Below, piece after piece: positions 1 through 8,078 of a DNA stretch of 64,000 nucleotides. The stretch's first letter is position 1. The number at the start of each line of letters is the position of its first letter. The stretch comes from Candidatus Binatia bacterium (lineage in GTDB: Bacteria; Desulfobacterota; Binatia; UBA9968; JAJDTQ01). The notes beneath the pieces were generated by a model. That model had not been told where the DNA came from. It searched no databases and was given only the letters and a program-made list of their open reading frames with translations. The DNA lies in NCBI GenBank assembly GCA_963666515.2, contig OY762897.2, forward strand, positions 2,784,001 to 2,848,000, read 5' to 3'. Both the position numbers and the translations under genes were made by a program.

Positions 1-37
1 CCAAGGCAGCCAACAGCATCTCGAAAAAACTCCTCAT
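1..37 (-). CDS. 5' end of a gene running off the window (MRSFFEMLLAAL..., possible signal peptide)
   Basis: ATG at 37-35 overlaps the TGA of the TPR gene (ATGA coupling), with GAGGAG upstream. Only 12 codons are visible. Confidence 0.4.
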   Translation of the reverse strand, partial: MRSFFEMLLAAL

Positions 38-669
38 TTCCGCTCCTCCATCTCCTCGCTAGTGCATCCAAAGATGGATCGAAAAGCTGCTGCATCTCGT
101 CTGATCCGAAAATCGCCGTCCTGCCTAAGGTATCGGCGCACCTCAGGATCGGCCATCCACTCTGGACACCAGCACGTCATTGAAAGAACGGCTTCCTTCG
201 CCGACTCCCGGTCGCCGCTGCCGTCCCGATCGGTATAGACGCTGATCACCGCCAAGTGAGTCAGTACGAACGCTGGGCAAGTGTCCCGCGCGGCAAGTGC
301 AGCATCTAGCGCATCGTCGTATCTTCCGAGCGATTTGAGGACATTTGCACGATTGATCTGGATGCTTGCCTCGCTGAATCTGACCTTAGCCATGGCCGCA
401 TCCAATACGTTGAGTGCGTTTCTCGGGTCACCGGCCCCGAAGTATGACAGAGCGACCTCGTTCAGGGCGCCCGCATCGCCCGCTACCTCGGAGGGTGGGC
501 GGGCCTCAATCTCGGCGATCGCGGCCTCAAAATTACCGGACCGCCGATAGGCTTTTGACGCTTCGATGACTTCCCGCGGCATGCGGGAAGTATGCCGGAC
601 GGGAAGACCGTTAGTTGAAACTCTAATGCGACGAATTTGGCCCTTGGTGTCACTGAACTGTTTCATCAT
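34..669 (-). CDS. Tetratricopeptide-repeat (TPR) protein
   Basis: TPR-like helices (ALNEVALSYFGAGDPRNAL; IQINRANVLKSLGRYDDALDA). Start moved to ATG 669 because GAGGAGG lies just upstream. Confidence 0.7.
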   Translation of the reverse strand: MMKQFSDTKGQIRRIRVSTNGLPVRHTSRMPREVIEASKAYRRSGNFEAAIAEIEARPPSEVAGDAGALNEVALSYFGAGDPRNALNVLDAAMAKVRFSEASIQINRANVLKSLGRYDDALDAALAARDTCPAFVLTHLAVISVYTDRDGSGDRESAKEAVLSMTCWCPEWMADPEVRRYLRQDGDFRIRRDAAAFRSIFGCTSEEMEERK

Positions 670-692
670 CGGTAACCTCCTCGCGGAACTGT

Positions 693-998
693 CTATATGG
701 GCGTAACCGAGCAAGTCGCCAAACAGGCACCGCAAGCTACCCCACCACTAAGGTCGAAGAAACAGACCGGTATGCAGACTACGCAATCGAGGCCGACGAC
801 TTGCTGGCCTCCCTTAACACAGGACTTGGCGGGGATACGCTGCTCGCTGCCCCCGTCGCTACTGTCGTTGTCCTCCATGACGGCCACGAGGTCATCACCA
901 ACGGGGTTCACCCTACCCTCAACATTCCACGCTGCCAGCAAGCTCAACGCCAGCACCGCGATTGCCTTCGCGAGTATCATATACGTCGCCGCTTTCAT
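693..998 (-). CDS. Small secreted Cys-rich protein (signal peptide, acidic spacer, CxxCxxxC...CxxCxxxC core)
   Basis: Strong RBS (AAAGGAGGAG) before ATG, hydrophobic N-terminus, acidic segment (EDNDSSD), 7 Cys in the last ~42 aa. Confidence 0.65.
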   Translation of the reverse strand: MKAATYMILAKAIAVLALSLLAAWNVEGRVNPVGDDLVAVMEDNDSSDGGSEQRIPAKSCVKGGQQVVGLDCVVCIPVCFFDLSGGVACGACLATCSVTPI

Positions 999-1121
999 AT
1001 GCTCCTCCTTTTCCTTTACGTTCGGTTTTACTGAGGTGATCCTGGATACAGCTGAACGGGCACCCGGTCTCGGCGGTCAGTGTACCGTGCCGCCGTGACG
1101 GTTGTTGACCCTCTTACGTTG

Positions 1122-1310
1122 CTACGGCGTGGGAAGCCACGCGATGACCGCCGCGGCTACGGAAGCGGTCACCGCCACCGCGGGCATTGCTGGTGCAGCC
1201 GCCACAGCAACGCCGATCAATGCGAGGCCAGCCAGGGGACCAGCAAGAGCAGCGGCCGGAACCGCTACTACGCAAAAGGCACCGAGCATCAGACTCAATA
1301 GCAATTTCAT
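1122..1310 (-). CDS. Small secreted hydrophobic Ala/Val-rich peptide (62 aa)
   Basis: RBS AAAGGAG before ATG 1310. MKLLL... signal peptide with ALA|GP cleavage site; mature part has no charged residues and ends WLPTP. Confidence 0.6.
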   Translation of the reverse strand: MKLLLSLMLGAFCVVAVPAAALAGPLAGLALIGVAVAAAPAMPAVAVTASVAAAVIAWLPTP

Positions 1311-1409
1311 GGCGATTTCTCCTTTATGCAGGTTAACGACTTGGTTTTCCAGGATCACCTCTCACAGTGGTTAAGCGGTGCCCGTTGACATCGCAGATTT
1401 CGCCTGAAC

Positions 1410-2267
1410 CTAGGGCTTGCGACAAAGGTTTCCATCTGATACTCGCCCGAGCGCTTGTACTGTAGCGAAAAGATCACGGCGGCACGTCTCCTTCGACACT
1501 CCTAGCGTATCCTTAATCGCCTTTTCTGCTGCACGGAGCTCTGTACGAATTGTTTCCACTGACACGTCGAGAGTCTTCGCGACGGTCTTTGCGGCGACGC
1601 GACAACCAACCTCAAAACCAAGACGACTAATCTCGTCCGCAGTCCCACGATCTAGCAACTCCGTGGAAACTCCCTTGCGCAAGATCAGGACAACGAGTCG
1701 GCGCTGCGGCATGGATCGAAGTACGCTCCGAATCCTCCGCCGAAGCTCCCTCTGAATCCGCGGATCATGCCGTTTGTATTCTTCCCGTTCGATGTGCACG
1801 TCCTCAGGCGAAGCAGTCTTCAACTTGTCAACCGCCTCGGCTTGAATCGGCACCATCCGACCCTGATTTCTGAGGACGCCGGCTACGATTCCTGGACCTG
1901 TCGGGCTTCCCAACAGCGCTTTCAGGCCACCAGCAAGGCCAGGGCCAGCTTGAAAGGTGAACTTCGGCAACGGCCGAGACAGACCGAGTTCCTCCACATC
2001 GCCTCCCGAGGCTGCGTGTACAATCCCCCAAGCCAGGTAGATTGCGTCGCTAACGACTTCGTCAGGGTCGGCGACGCCAAACCTCCTAGCATTTTCGACG
2101 AGCTTGGGCCGCTCTCGTTCCACGATCTTGTCAAAGAGCTTCCAGAGCCGCATCCGCTCTCCCTGCCGAAGAGTACTTGCCTTCGAATACAACCGCAGGA
2201 ACTCGTCCTCGTCGCTGCCGGTCGGCCCAGCCTGCACGGCAATCCTACGTTTTGCGATTTCATGCAT
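1410..2267 (-). CDS. Divergent sigma-70 (ECF-like) RNA polymerase sigma factor
   Basis: Region-2-like DPDEVVSDAIY; region-4-like LRSMPQRRLVVLILR...VAKTLDVSVETIRTEL HTH; RBS AGGAGG. Confidence 0.6.
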   Translation of the reverse strand: MHEIAKRRIAVQAGPTGSDEDEFLRLYSKASTLRQGERMRLWKLFDKIVERERPKLVENARRFGVADPDEVVSDAIYLAWGIVHAASGGDVEELGLSRPLPKFTFQAGPGLAGGLKALLGSPTGPGIVAGVLRNQGRMVPIQAEAVDKLKTASPEDVHIEREEYKRHDPRIQRELRRRIRSVLRSMPQRRLVVLILRKGVSTELLDRGTADEISRLGFEVGCRVAAKTVAKTLDVSVETIRTELRAAEKAIKDTLGVSKETCRRDLFATVQALGRVSDGNLCRKP

Positions 2268-2702
2268 CAGGCTCCCTCCTTTTCAGATTTCGCGGAAGAT
2301 TGTGGCACAGTAGGTGTGAAATGAGTGTGACCACGATGGGTACATCGGTGACACTCGCGGCATTGGTCCGTGCCGAAGCTGTGCCGGGAGTTGAAGGCGT
2401 TCCGAAGCCGGGCTACGAGGCGCATGCTCGAAGGGAACATTCACCACGGGAGCGAAGACGGTCGTTGGCGTTGGGGCCGCATCGCGGAGATGCGACGGGC
2501 CGAGTTCAGTTGCCTAGGAGTCTGCCCCGTAGAAAAGCCGACATGGGAGGGGGCATTAAGAGAGGAGAGAGAAGGCAAGGCGAGGAAGGAGGGGGGAGTG
2601 CCGACGAGCTAGCGAGCGTATGAACCTGGACAGACTGAGGTGGTCCCGGAAAATCGGACAGGTTGCTAAGGTGTATTCCACCGACGGAAGGAGGGATACG
2701 CG

Positions 2703-2984
2703 ATGAGCACACGGAGACGGTTCAGCGGGGACTTCAAGGCGAAGGTAGCCCTGGAGGCGCTGAGGGGGGACAAGACGATCCAGGAGATCGCGACCCGGCA
2801 CAAGGTCCACCCGAACCAGGTGAGCGCCTGGAAACAGCGGGCGGTGGAAGGGATGAAGGAGGTCTTCAGCAAGGGGACGGAGCGGACTCGTGGGGACCAC
2901 GAGACGGAGATCCGCGACCAGCACGCGAAGATCGGGGAGTTGACGGTGGAGCGGGATTTTTTAGCCAGAGGGCTCAAGTGGTGA
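2703..2984 (+). CDS. IS3-family transposase OrfA (HTH)
   Basis: RRRFSGDFKAKVALEAL...IATRHKVHPNQVSAWK typical of IS3 OrfA; RBS GGAGG. Confidence 0.9.
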   Translation: MSTRRRFSGDFKAKVALEALRGDKTIQEIATRHKVHPNQVSAWKQRAVEGMKEVFSKGTERTRGDHETEIRDQHAKIGELTVERDFLARGLKW

Positions 2985-3371
2985 GCCGGGAGGAGCGCCG
3001 GGCGATGATCGAGCCCGGCCATCCCAAGCTCAGCTTGAGCCGTCAATGCCGCCTGCTTCGCGTGAGCCGTTCGTCTGTGTACCACACCCCCAAGGGCGAG
3101 AGCGCGGAGAATCTGGCGCTGATGCGGCGGATCGATGAGTTGTTTCTCAACTACCCGTTCTACGGCAGCCGCCAGATGGCCCGTCATCTGTGGCGGGAAG
3201 GCGTGCGGGTGGGGCGTCACCGGGTGCGGCGTCTGATGCGCTTGATGGGCCTACAGGCCATCTACCAAGCGCCCCGGACCACTACCCGCCATTCCTCAGC
3301 ACCGGGTCTGTCCCTACCTTCTCAAGGGGCTTGCCATCGAACGGCCCAATCACGTGTGGTGCGCCGACATC
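2981..3371 (+). pseudogene. IS3 element A OrfB, 5' exon (frameshifted near 3293)
   Basis: LSLSRQCRLL...YPFYGSRQM, then a frame change to PYLLKGLAIERPNHVWCADI, which ends exactly at the intron insertion. Confidence 0.85.
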
Positions 3372-5499
3372 GAGCGCCACGAGGCGTTCTTGAACCTTGC
3401 GGTGGTGAGAGACCACCGCCGTCAGCCTGTCGCAGCAGGCTGAATGAAGCTGAGGGCAGCCCGACCCGAGGGACATCGGCAAGGGTGGAAGCAGCCCTGA
3501 CAACGACGGGACGCGCCAGCACTGTCAGATGGCGTGGGTCCGGCAAGCGAGACGGAAAGGTGTACGCGAGGAACCAGCGGCGGAAAGCCCCTAAAGCGCG
3601 AACCACCAGCTCCAACCTGACAGATAAGGGCTGGGTTGCAACGCACACCCGACGGGTCTGGCCGGTCGGGGAACTCCTGGGCTGGTAGATGTCGCCAGCA
3701 GGGAGGCCATGGTGAAGGACTGCGGCGTAGCCGTGGCGAAGTTGCAGGGGCATAGCTGGGCACCGACCCCGTTGAAGGGTTCGAGAGTGAACGTGGGAAC
3801 CACTCCGTTGGTCCCTGCCAACTTGGTGGGGAAGACCTGTCGCCGGTTGATGTCGGCGGAGTGGGGCGGAGGACCCGTAGTAGTCTGGGCACGGGAAAGC
3901 CGTGTACATGGCGAAGGGGTCCAGTGTGCTCACGGCTTCAACGCAAAACGAGGAGGACGCTGGTGAATACCGGTGCTTCATGGCTTGGTCCGATCGAGGC
4001 TGAGTCACGAGTACTTGCGATGCAGACGAAGCTGAACCGTTGGGCGGCAGCCGATCCCGGCCGTCGCTTCGATGACCTGTACAACCTCGTCTATGATCCG
4101 GCGTTTCTCGTTACGGCGTGGCGTCGGGTGCGGGGAAACAAGGGCGCACGAACCGCTGGCGTCGATGGAGTAGCACCGCGGTCCATCGGCTCCGGTACGA
4201 AGACACTGCTGGCTGGGTTGAGAGAAATACTCAAGGCCCGCCGGTTTGTGCCGCAACGGGTGCGGGAGAAGACGATCCCGAAGGCGGGCGACAAAGTCCG
4301 CTCGCTGGGTATTCCGACGACCGCAGACCGGGTCGTGCAAGCTTCCTTGAAGCTGGTGCTCGAGCCTATCTTCGAGGCGGACTTCAAGCCGTGTTCCTAT
4401 GGCTTCCGTCCGAAGCGCCGTGCAAAGGACGCCATCGCCGAGATTCACTACCTCGCCTCACCAACCCGGAATTATCACTGGGTCTTCGAGGCGGACATCA
4501 AGGCGTGCTTCGATGAGATCGACCACACGGGCCGGATGGAACGGGTGCGACATCGAATCGCGGACAAGCGTATCCTGAGCTTGGTCAAGGCGTTTCTCAA
4601 GGCCGGCGTCCTCTGTGAGGACCAAACCAGCCGCGAAACGATCACCGGCACTCCCCAAGGCGGAATCCTCTCACCGCTACTCGCCAACATCGCCTTGTCC
4701 ATCCTGGACGAGCACTTTACCCGGAGGTGGGATTCCCTCGGTCCGTCATGGACCCGCATCAAGCGTCGTCGCGCCGGAGAACCGGTGATGCGGCTCGTCC
4801 GCTATGCGGATGACTTCGTGGTCCTGGTCCACGGGACCCGACAAGACGCCGAAGCGCTCTGGAATGAGGTGACGGCGGTTCTCGCTCCGATCAGTCTACG
4901 GCTGTCGGAAGAGAAAACGAGAGTCTGTCACGTAGACGAGGGGTTCGACTTCCTCGGCTGGCGTATCCAGCGCCGGAACCGCAGGGGGCAACATGGCAGG
5001 AAGGCTATCTACACCTACCCGTCGAAAAAGGCGCTTGTCTCGATCATCGGGAGGGTCCGCAAGCTGACCCGCCGTGCATCTCATCGAACGCTTGCAGCCC
5101 TGTTGCGCCGGCTCAACCCGGTGTTGCGAGGCTGGTGCAACTATTTCCGGCACGGGGTGTCGTCACGGACGTTCAACTACGTCGACCATTTCGCCTTCTG
5201 GCGTATCGTCGGCTGGCTCCGGAAACGACATCTCGGGCTGAGCATGCATACCTTGGTGAGACGCTTTCTTCCTGGCTGGACGATTCGTGAAGGCGGTGTC
5301 AAGCTGCTTCGCCCGTCCAAAATTGCCGTTGAACGCTATCGGTTCCGGGGCAACCGGATCCCAACACCTTGGCCAAGCACTCCGACGGCATGAGCACATG
5401 GAGAGCCGGATGCGGTGAGAGTCGCACGTCCGGTTCGGAGGGCGGGCCGGAGAAACCCATCGCTCGAAAGACGACAGGGCGCTCCCGTCCGACCCCTAC
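3372..5499 (+). mobile_element. Group II intron (ribozyme plus RT/maturase ORF)
   Basis: Interrupts the WCADI|TY codons. 5' end GAGCG. EBS1 GATGTCG in a hairpin loop (3688-3694) is complementary to exon CGACATC. Domain V GAGCCGGATGCGGTGAGAGTCGCACGTCCGGTTC near 5403; domain VI ends ...CCCTAC. Confidence 0.9.
3963..5393 (+). CDS. ltrA: Group II intron reverse transcriptase/maturase (no En domain)
   Basis: GARTAGVDG, LGIPTTADRVVQ, SYGFRP, EADIKACFD, GTPQGGILSPLLANI, RYADDF, FDFLG, and maturase LNPVLRGWCNYF. GTG start at 3963 follows AGGAGG. Confidence 0.95.
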   Translation: MNTGASWLGPIEAESRVLAMQTKLNRWAAADPGRRFDDLYNLVYDPAFLVTAWRRVRGNKGARTAGVDGVAPRSIGSGTKTLLAGLREILKARRFVPQRVREKTIPKAGDKVRSLGIPTTADRVVQASLKLVLEPIFEADFKPCSYGFRPKRRAKDAIAEIHYLASPTRNYHWVFEADIKACFDEIDHTGRMERVRHRIADKRILSLVKAFLKAGVLCEDQTSRETITGTPQGGILSPLLANIALSILDEHFTRRWDSLGPSWTRIKRRRAGEPVMRLVRYADDFVVLVHGTRQDAEALWNEVTAVLAPISLRLSEEKTRVCHVDEGFDFLGWRIQRRNRRGQHGRKAIYTYPSKKALVSIIGRVRKLTRRASHRTLAALLRRLNPVLRGWCNYFRHGVSSRTFNYVDHFAFWRIVGWLRKRHLGLSMHTLVRRFLPGWTIREGGVKLLRPSKIAVERYRFRGNRIPTPWPSTPTA

Positions 5500-6158
5500 A
5501 CGTACGTGCCGACCTGGACGGGGTTCGTGTACTTGGCCATGGTGCTCGACGTGTTCAGCCGCAAGGTCGTGGGGTGGGCCATGGCTGGTCATCTTCGTAC
5601 CGAACTGGTGCTCGCAGCGCTCAACATGGCCATCGGACAGCGCCGCCCCACAGAGGTGGTCCATCATTCCGACAAGGGCTCCCAGTACACCTCGCTGGCC
5701 TTCGGCAAGCGCTGCCGCCAGATGGGAGTGCTGACCTCCACCGGGTCGGCCGGGGATTGCTACGACAACGCCATGGCCAAGAGCTTCTTCGCCACCCTGG
5801 AGTGCGAGCTGATCAAGCGGCAGGCGTTCCACACCCAGGCTGAGGCACGCATGGCCGTCTTCCAGTTCATCGAGGGCTGGTACAACACCCGACGCCGGCA
5901 CTCCGCCCTGGGCTACCTGAGCCCCAACGACTTTGAGCGCGCCGCTGCGGCGGCTGGGGCGCGTCCTGAGGGCGACAGTGGCCCGGACCAGGAGACCGAC
6001 CCTGTCGTCTTCCTGATCCCCGAGCCGGATGTCCATGACCGCCCTCCGGGGCTACCCTATCCCTCGGCAATGGGGAACGCTATGTTTCCAACGGCTGTCG
6101 CGCACCTCAGTGCTGGTGCACACAGCCCTCAACTGTCCACTGAAATGGGGTAACGCCA
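5500..6158 (+). pseudogene. 3' half of a second IS3-family element B (integrase core plus right IR)
   Basis: TYVPTWTGFVYLAMVLDVFSRKVVGW...HSDKGSQY...DNAMAKSFF (catalytic E replaced by K). Stop at 6153. IRR CTGTCCACTGAAATGGGGTAACGCCA ends at 6158. OrfA and IRL are missing. Confidence 0.85.
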
Positions 6159-6340
6159 GGGAGGCATTCGAGCGAATCAAGCAAGAGAATCCGTTGCCGC
6201 GCCCGAAGCTGAGGCTGTCCTATACGGAGCTTCAGCGATGCGCGGTGCTGTGAATCAATCTCTGAAGAGCGCCGTGCGGGAAATCCGCATGCGGCGTTCT
6301 GTGGGAGCCGGAGGCGGGCGACCGCCTTCGGCGACCCGGT
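6159..6340 (+). mobile_element. 3' remnant of a second, different group II intron (IEP C-terminus plus DV/DVI)
   Basis: EAFERIKQENPLPRPKLRLSY...* resembles an IEP C-terminus. DV-like GAGCGCCGTGCGGGAAATCCGCATGCGGCGTTC; DVI CCGGAGGCGGGCGACCGCCTTCGG; ends CGACCCGGT. Confidence 0.75.
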
Positions 6341-6395
6341 GGCCGGAGAAACCCATCGCTCGAAAGACGACAGGGCGCTCCGGTCCGACCCCTAC
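6341..6395 (+). repeat. Second copy of domain VI/3' end of the first intron
   Basis: 55 nt identical to 5445-5499 except for one base. Confidence 0.9.
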
Positions 6396-6940
6396 ACCTA
6401 CATCCCCGTCCAGAAGGGCTTCCTGTACCGGGTGGCCATCATGGACTGGGCCACCCGCCGGGTGCTCTCTTGGCGGCTGTCCAACACTCTCGATGCCGGC
6501 TTCTGCACAGAGGCCCTCTTAGACTTAGAAGCCCCGGAGCGCTACGGCCGGCCCGAAATCTTCAACATCGACCAGGGCAGCCAGTTCACCAGCCTGGAGT
6601 TCACCTCCGTGCTCAAAGACTCAGGGGTTGCCATCTCCATGGATGGCAGGGCCGCTGCCTGGACAACACCTTCATCGAGCGCCTGTGGCGTTCGCTCAAG
6701 TACGAGGCCGTCTACCTCCACGAACTCTCTGACGGATTCCAGGCCAAGCGGGTGACCTCAAGCTGGGTCGCCTTTTACAATTCCGAGCGTCCTCACTCTG
6801 CCCTGGCCGGTTTCACCCCTGCCGAGGCATACGACCACGGACTGCCCACCGAGACCCGGACCAAGCCTCACCGCCCACCCGCGTCTCTCCCGGCTCCACC
6901 GGAACACCAGGACGTGTTAAACAGGACTCTGGCGGCATGA
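6396..6940 (+). pseudogene. IS3 element A OrfB, 3' exon (frameshifted near 6650)
   Basis: Resumes TYIPVQKGFLY...DWATRRVLSWRLSN...DQGSQF...MDG, then a frame change to RCLDNTFIERLWRSLKYE. Confidence 0.85.
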
Positions 6941-7133
6941 TCTTATGTTCGGGTATACACCTTATTTCTGCCGCCTCCCTGTCCTACAAACCAGGACCAC
7001 ATCAAGGACCTGTCACAGAAAAGGGCCGCGGAGTCACAGATTTATCACAGTTCTTGTGATTAAATTTGTTGGGTGGGTTGTCTTGCTGGACCGATTGACA
7101 ACCGTTAAGGCGTTGATGGAGGACATTGACAGT

Positions 7134-7274
7134 ATGAAACCTATCACCAGTGTTCTTGGATTGGTGCTGTTGTCCGTCACCGTGACTTTGGCAGCATGGG
7201 CCCATCCGGGGCCCACCAATAGCGACGGTTGTCACGTGGACCCTGAGACCGGGCATTATCATTGCCACCCTTGA
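7134..7274 (+). CDS. Small secreted YHYH-type His/Cys peptide (46 aa)
   Basis: Signal peptide (AWA|H) followed by HPGPTNSDGCH...GHYHCH, matching the YHYH motif; GGAGG upstream. Confidence 0.7.
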   Translation: MKPITSVLGLVLLSVTVTLAAWAHPGPTNSDGCHVDPETGHYHCHP

Positions 7275-7286
7275 GGACCGCGCGTC

Positions 7287-8078
7287 ATGAGTAACACCTA
7301 CCGCGTATTTTACTTCGAAGACGACGAGACCGTGGCGAACCCTCTCACGGCCTTCCTGGAAAAGCCGGTGCATGGCCCAACCCTAAAAGTGATCCACCAC
7401 GCCGACGCTACGCGTGCCAAAATTGCAATTGATCAGTGGAGTGACCCCCACCCTCCTCATGTGGTGCTTCTCGATCGCCACCAGAATGGCTACACGAATG
7501 CGGGAATCGACATCTGCAAGAAGGTCAAGACGAAATGGCCATCGACTCCTGTTGTCTTTCTCAGTGACCTCGCGGGGATACATGAACAGATCGAGGGCTT
7601 CGAGGTGCAAGCGAACGTCTACCTGCCAAAAGCTGCTCTGCTCAACGAACCCGACCACAAAGAACTCATACAAAAAGTTCTTCTCGCACAGATAATCAGG
7701 GACCCGGAGCCAAACCCGTCCGAGTATATGAACGGGAGCTTGCGTGTCAACAAAGGACGTCCGGCATTGTGGTGGCGCGATAAGGAACTCAACCTGAGTC
7801 CAGATAACATAGCCATCGTCGACGAATTGGCGAGTCTAAAGAAAAGGGGAGACACACGCATGTACATGGATTTAGCCATCGCCGGAGATCTCCGGGGGGA
7901 CGATGCGTATCTCAGGGACAATCTGAGAAAGCATATCCAGAATATACGGAGAGCTTTTCAGGAGGTTGACGAGGATTTCACTCAAGCCTGCAAGGACAAA
8001 CGCCACGGCATCATCGCAGTGCCGCAAAGAGGTTATAAGTGGGTAACCGACATATTATCTGAAGCCGCCGATGAGTGA
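7287..8078 (+). CDS. Response regulator (REC plus OmpR-like winged helix)
   Basis: YFEDD, VVLLD, PVVFLS and YLPK receiver motifs; C-terminal HIQNIRR...IIAVPQRGYKW. Confidence 0.85.
   Translation: MSNTYRVFYFEDDETVANPLTAFLEKPVHGPTLKVIHHADATRAKIAIDQWSDPHPPHVVLLDRHQNGYTNAGIDICKKVKTKWPSTPVVFLSDLAGIHEQIEGFEVQANVYLPKAALLNEPDHKELIQKVLLAQIIRDPEPNPSEYMNGSLRVNKGRPALWWRDKELNLSPDNIAIVDELASLKKRGDTRMYMDLAIAGDLRGDDAYLRDNLRKHIQNIRRAFQEVDEDFTQACKDKRHGIIAVPQRGYKWVTDILSEAADE

Larger units (their letters stand above)
2636..7004 (+). mobile_element. IS3-family insertion sequence A (degenerate), interrupted by nested introns and a second IS
   Basis: Imperfect terminal IRs TGAGGTGGTCCCGGAAAATCGGACAGG (from 2636) and CCTGTCCTACAAACCAGGACCACATCA (to 7004), with TG...CA ends and orfA/orfB inside. 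No clean target duplication seen. Confidence 0.85.

Noticed and set aside
2663-3688. 341-aa ORF as an intact transposase
   Set aside because: Only 2981-~3293 is OrfB; the remainder reads out of frame and into intron RNA.
3963-5393. RT as a DGR, retron or CRISPR-associated RT
   Set aside because: It has YADD and a maturase domain and sits within a ribozyme with DV/DVI and EBS1, so it is a group II intron IEP. No TR/VR pair or avd gene is seen in the window.
2628-7012. Target-site duplication of IS element A
   Set aside because: The flanks (..CAGAC and AGGAC..) do not form a clean 3-4 bp direct repeat.
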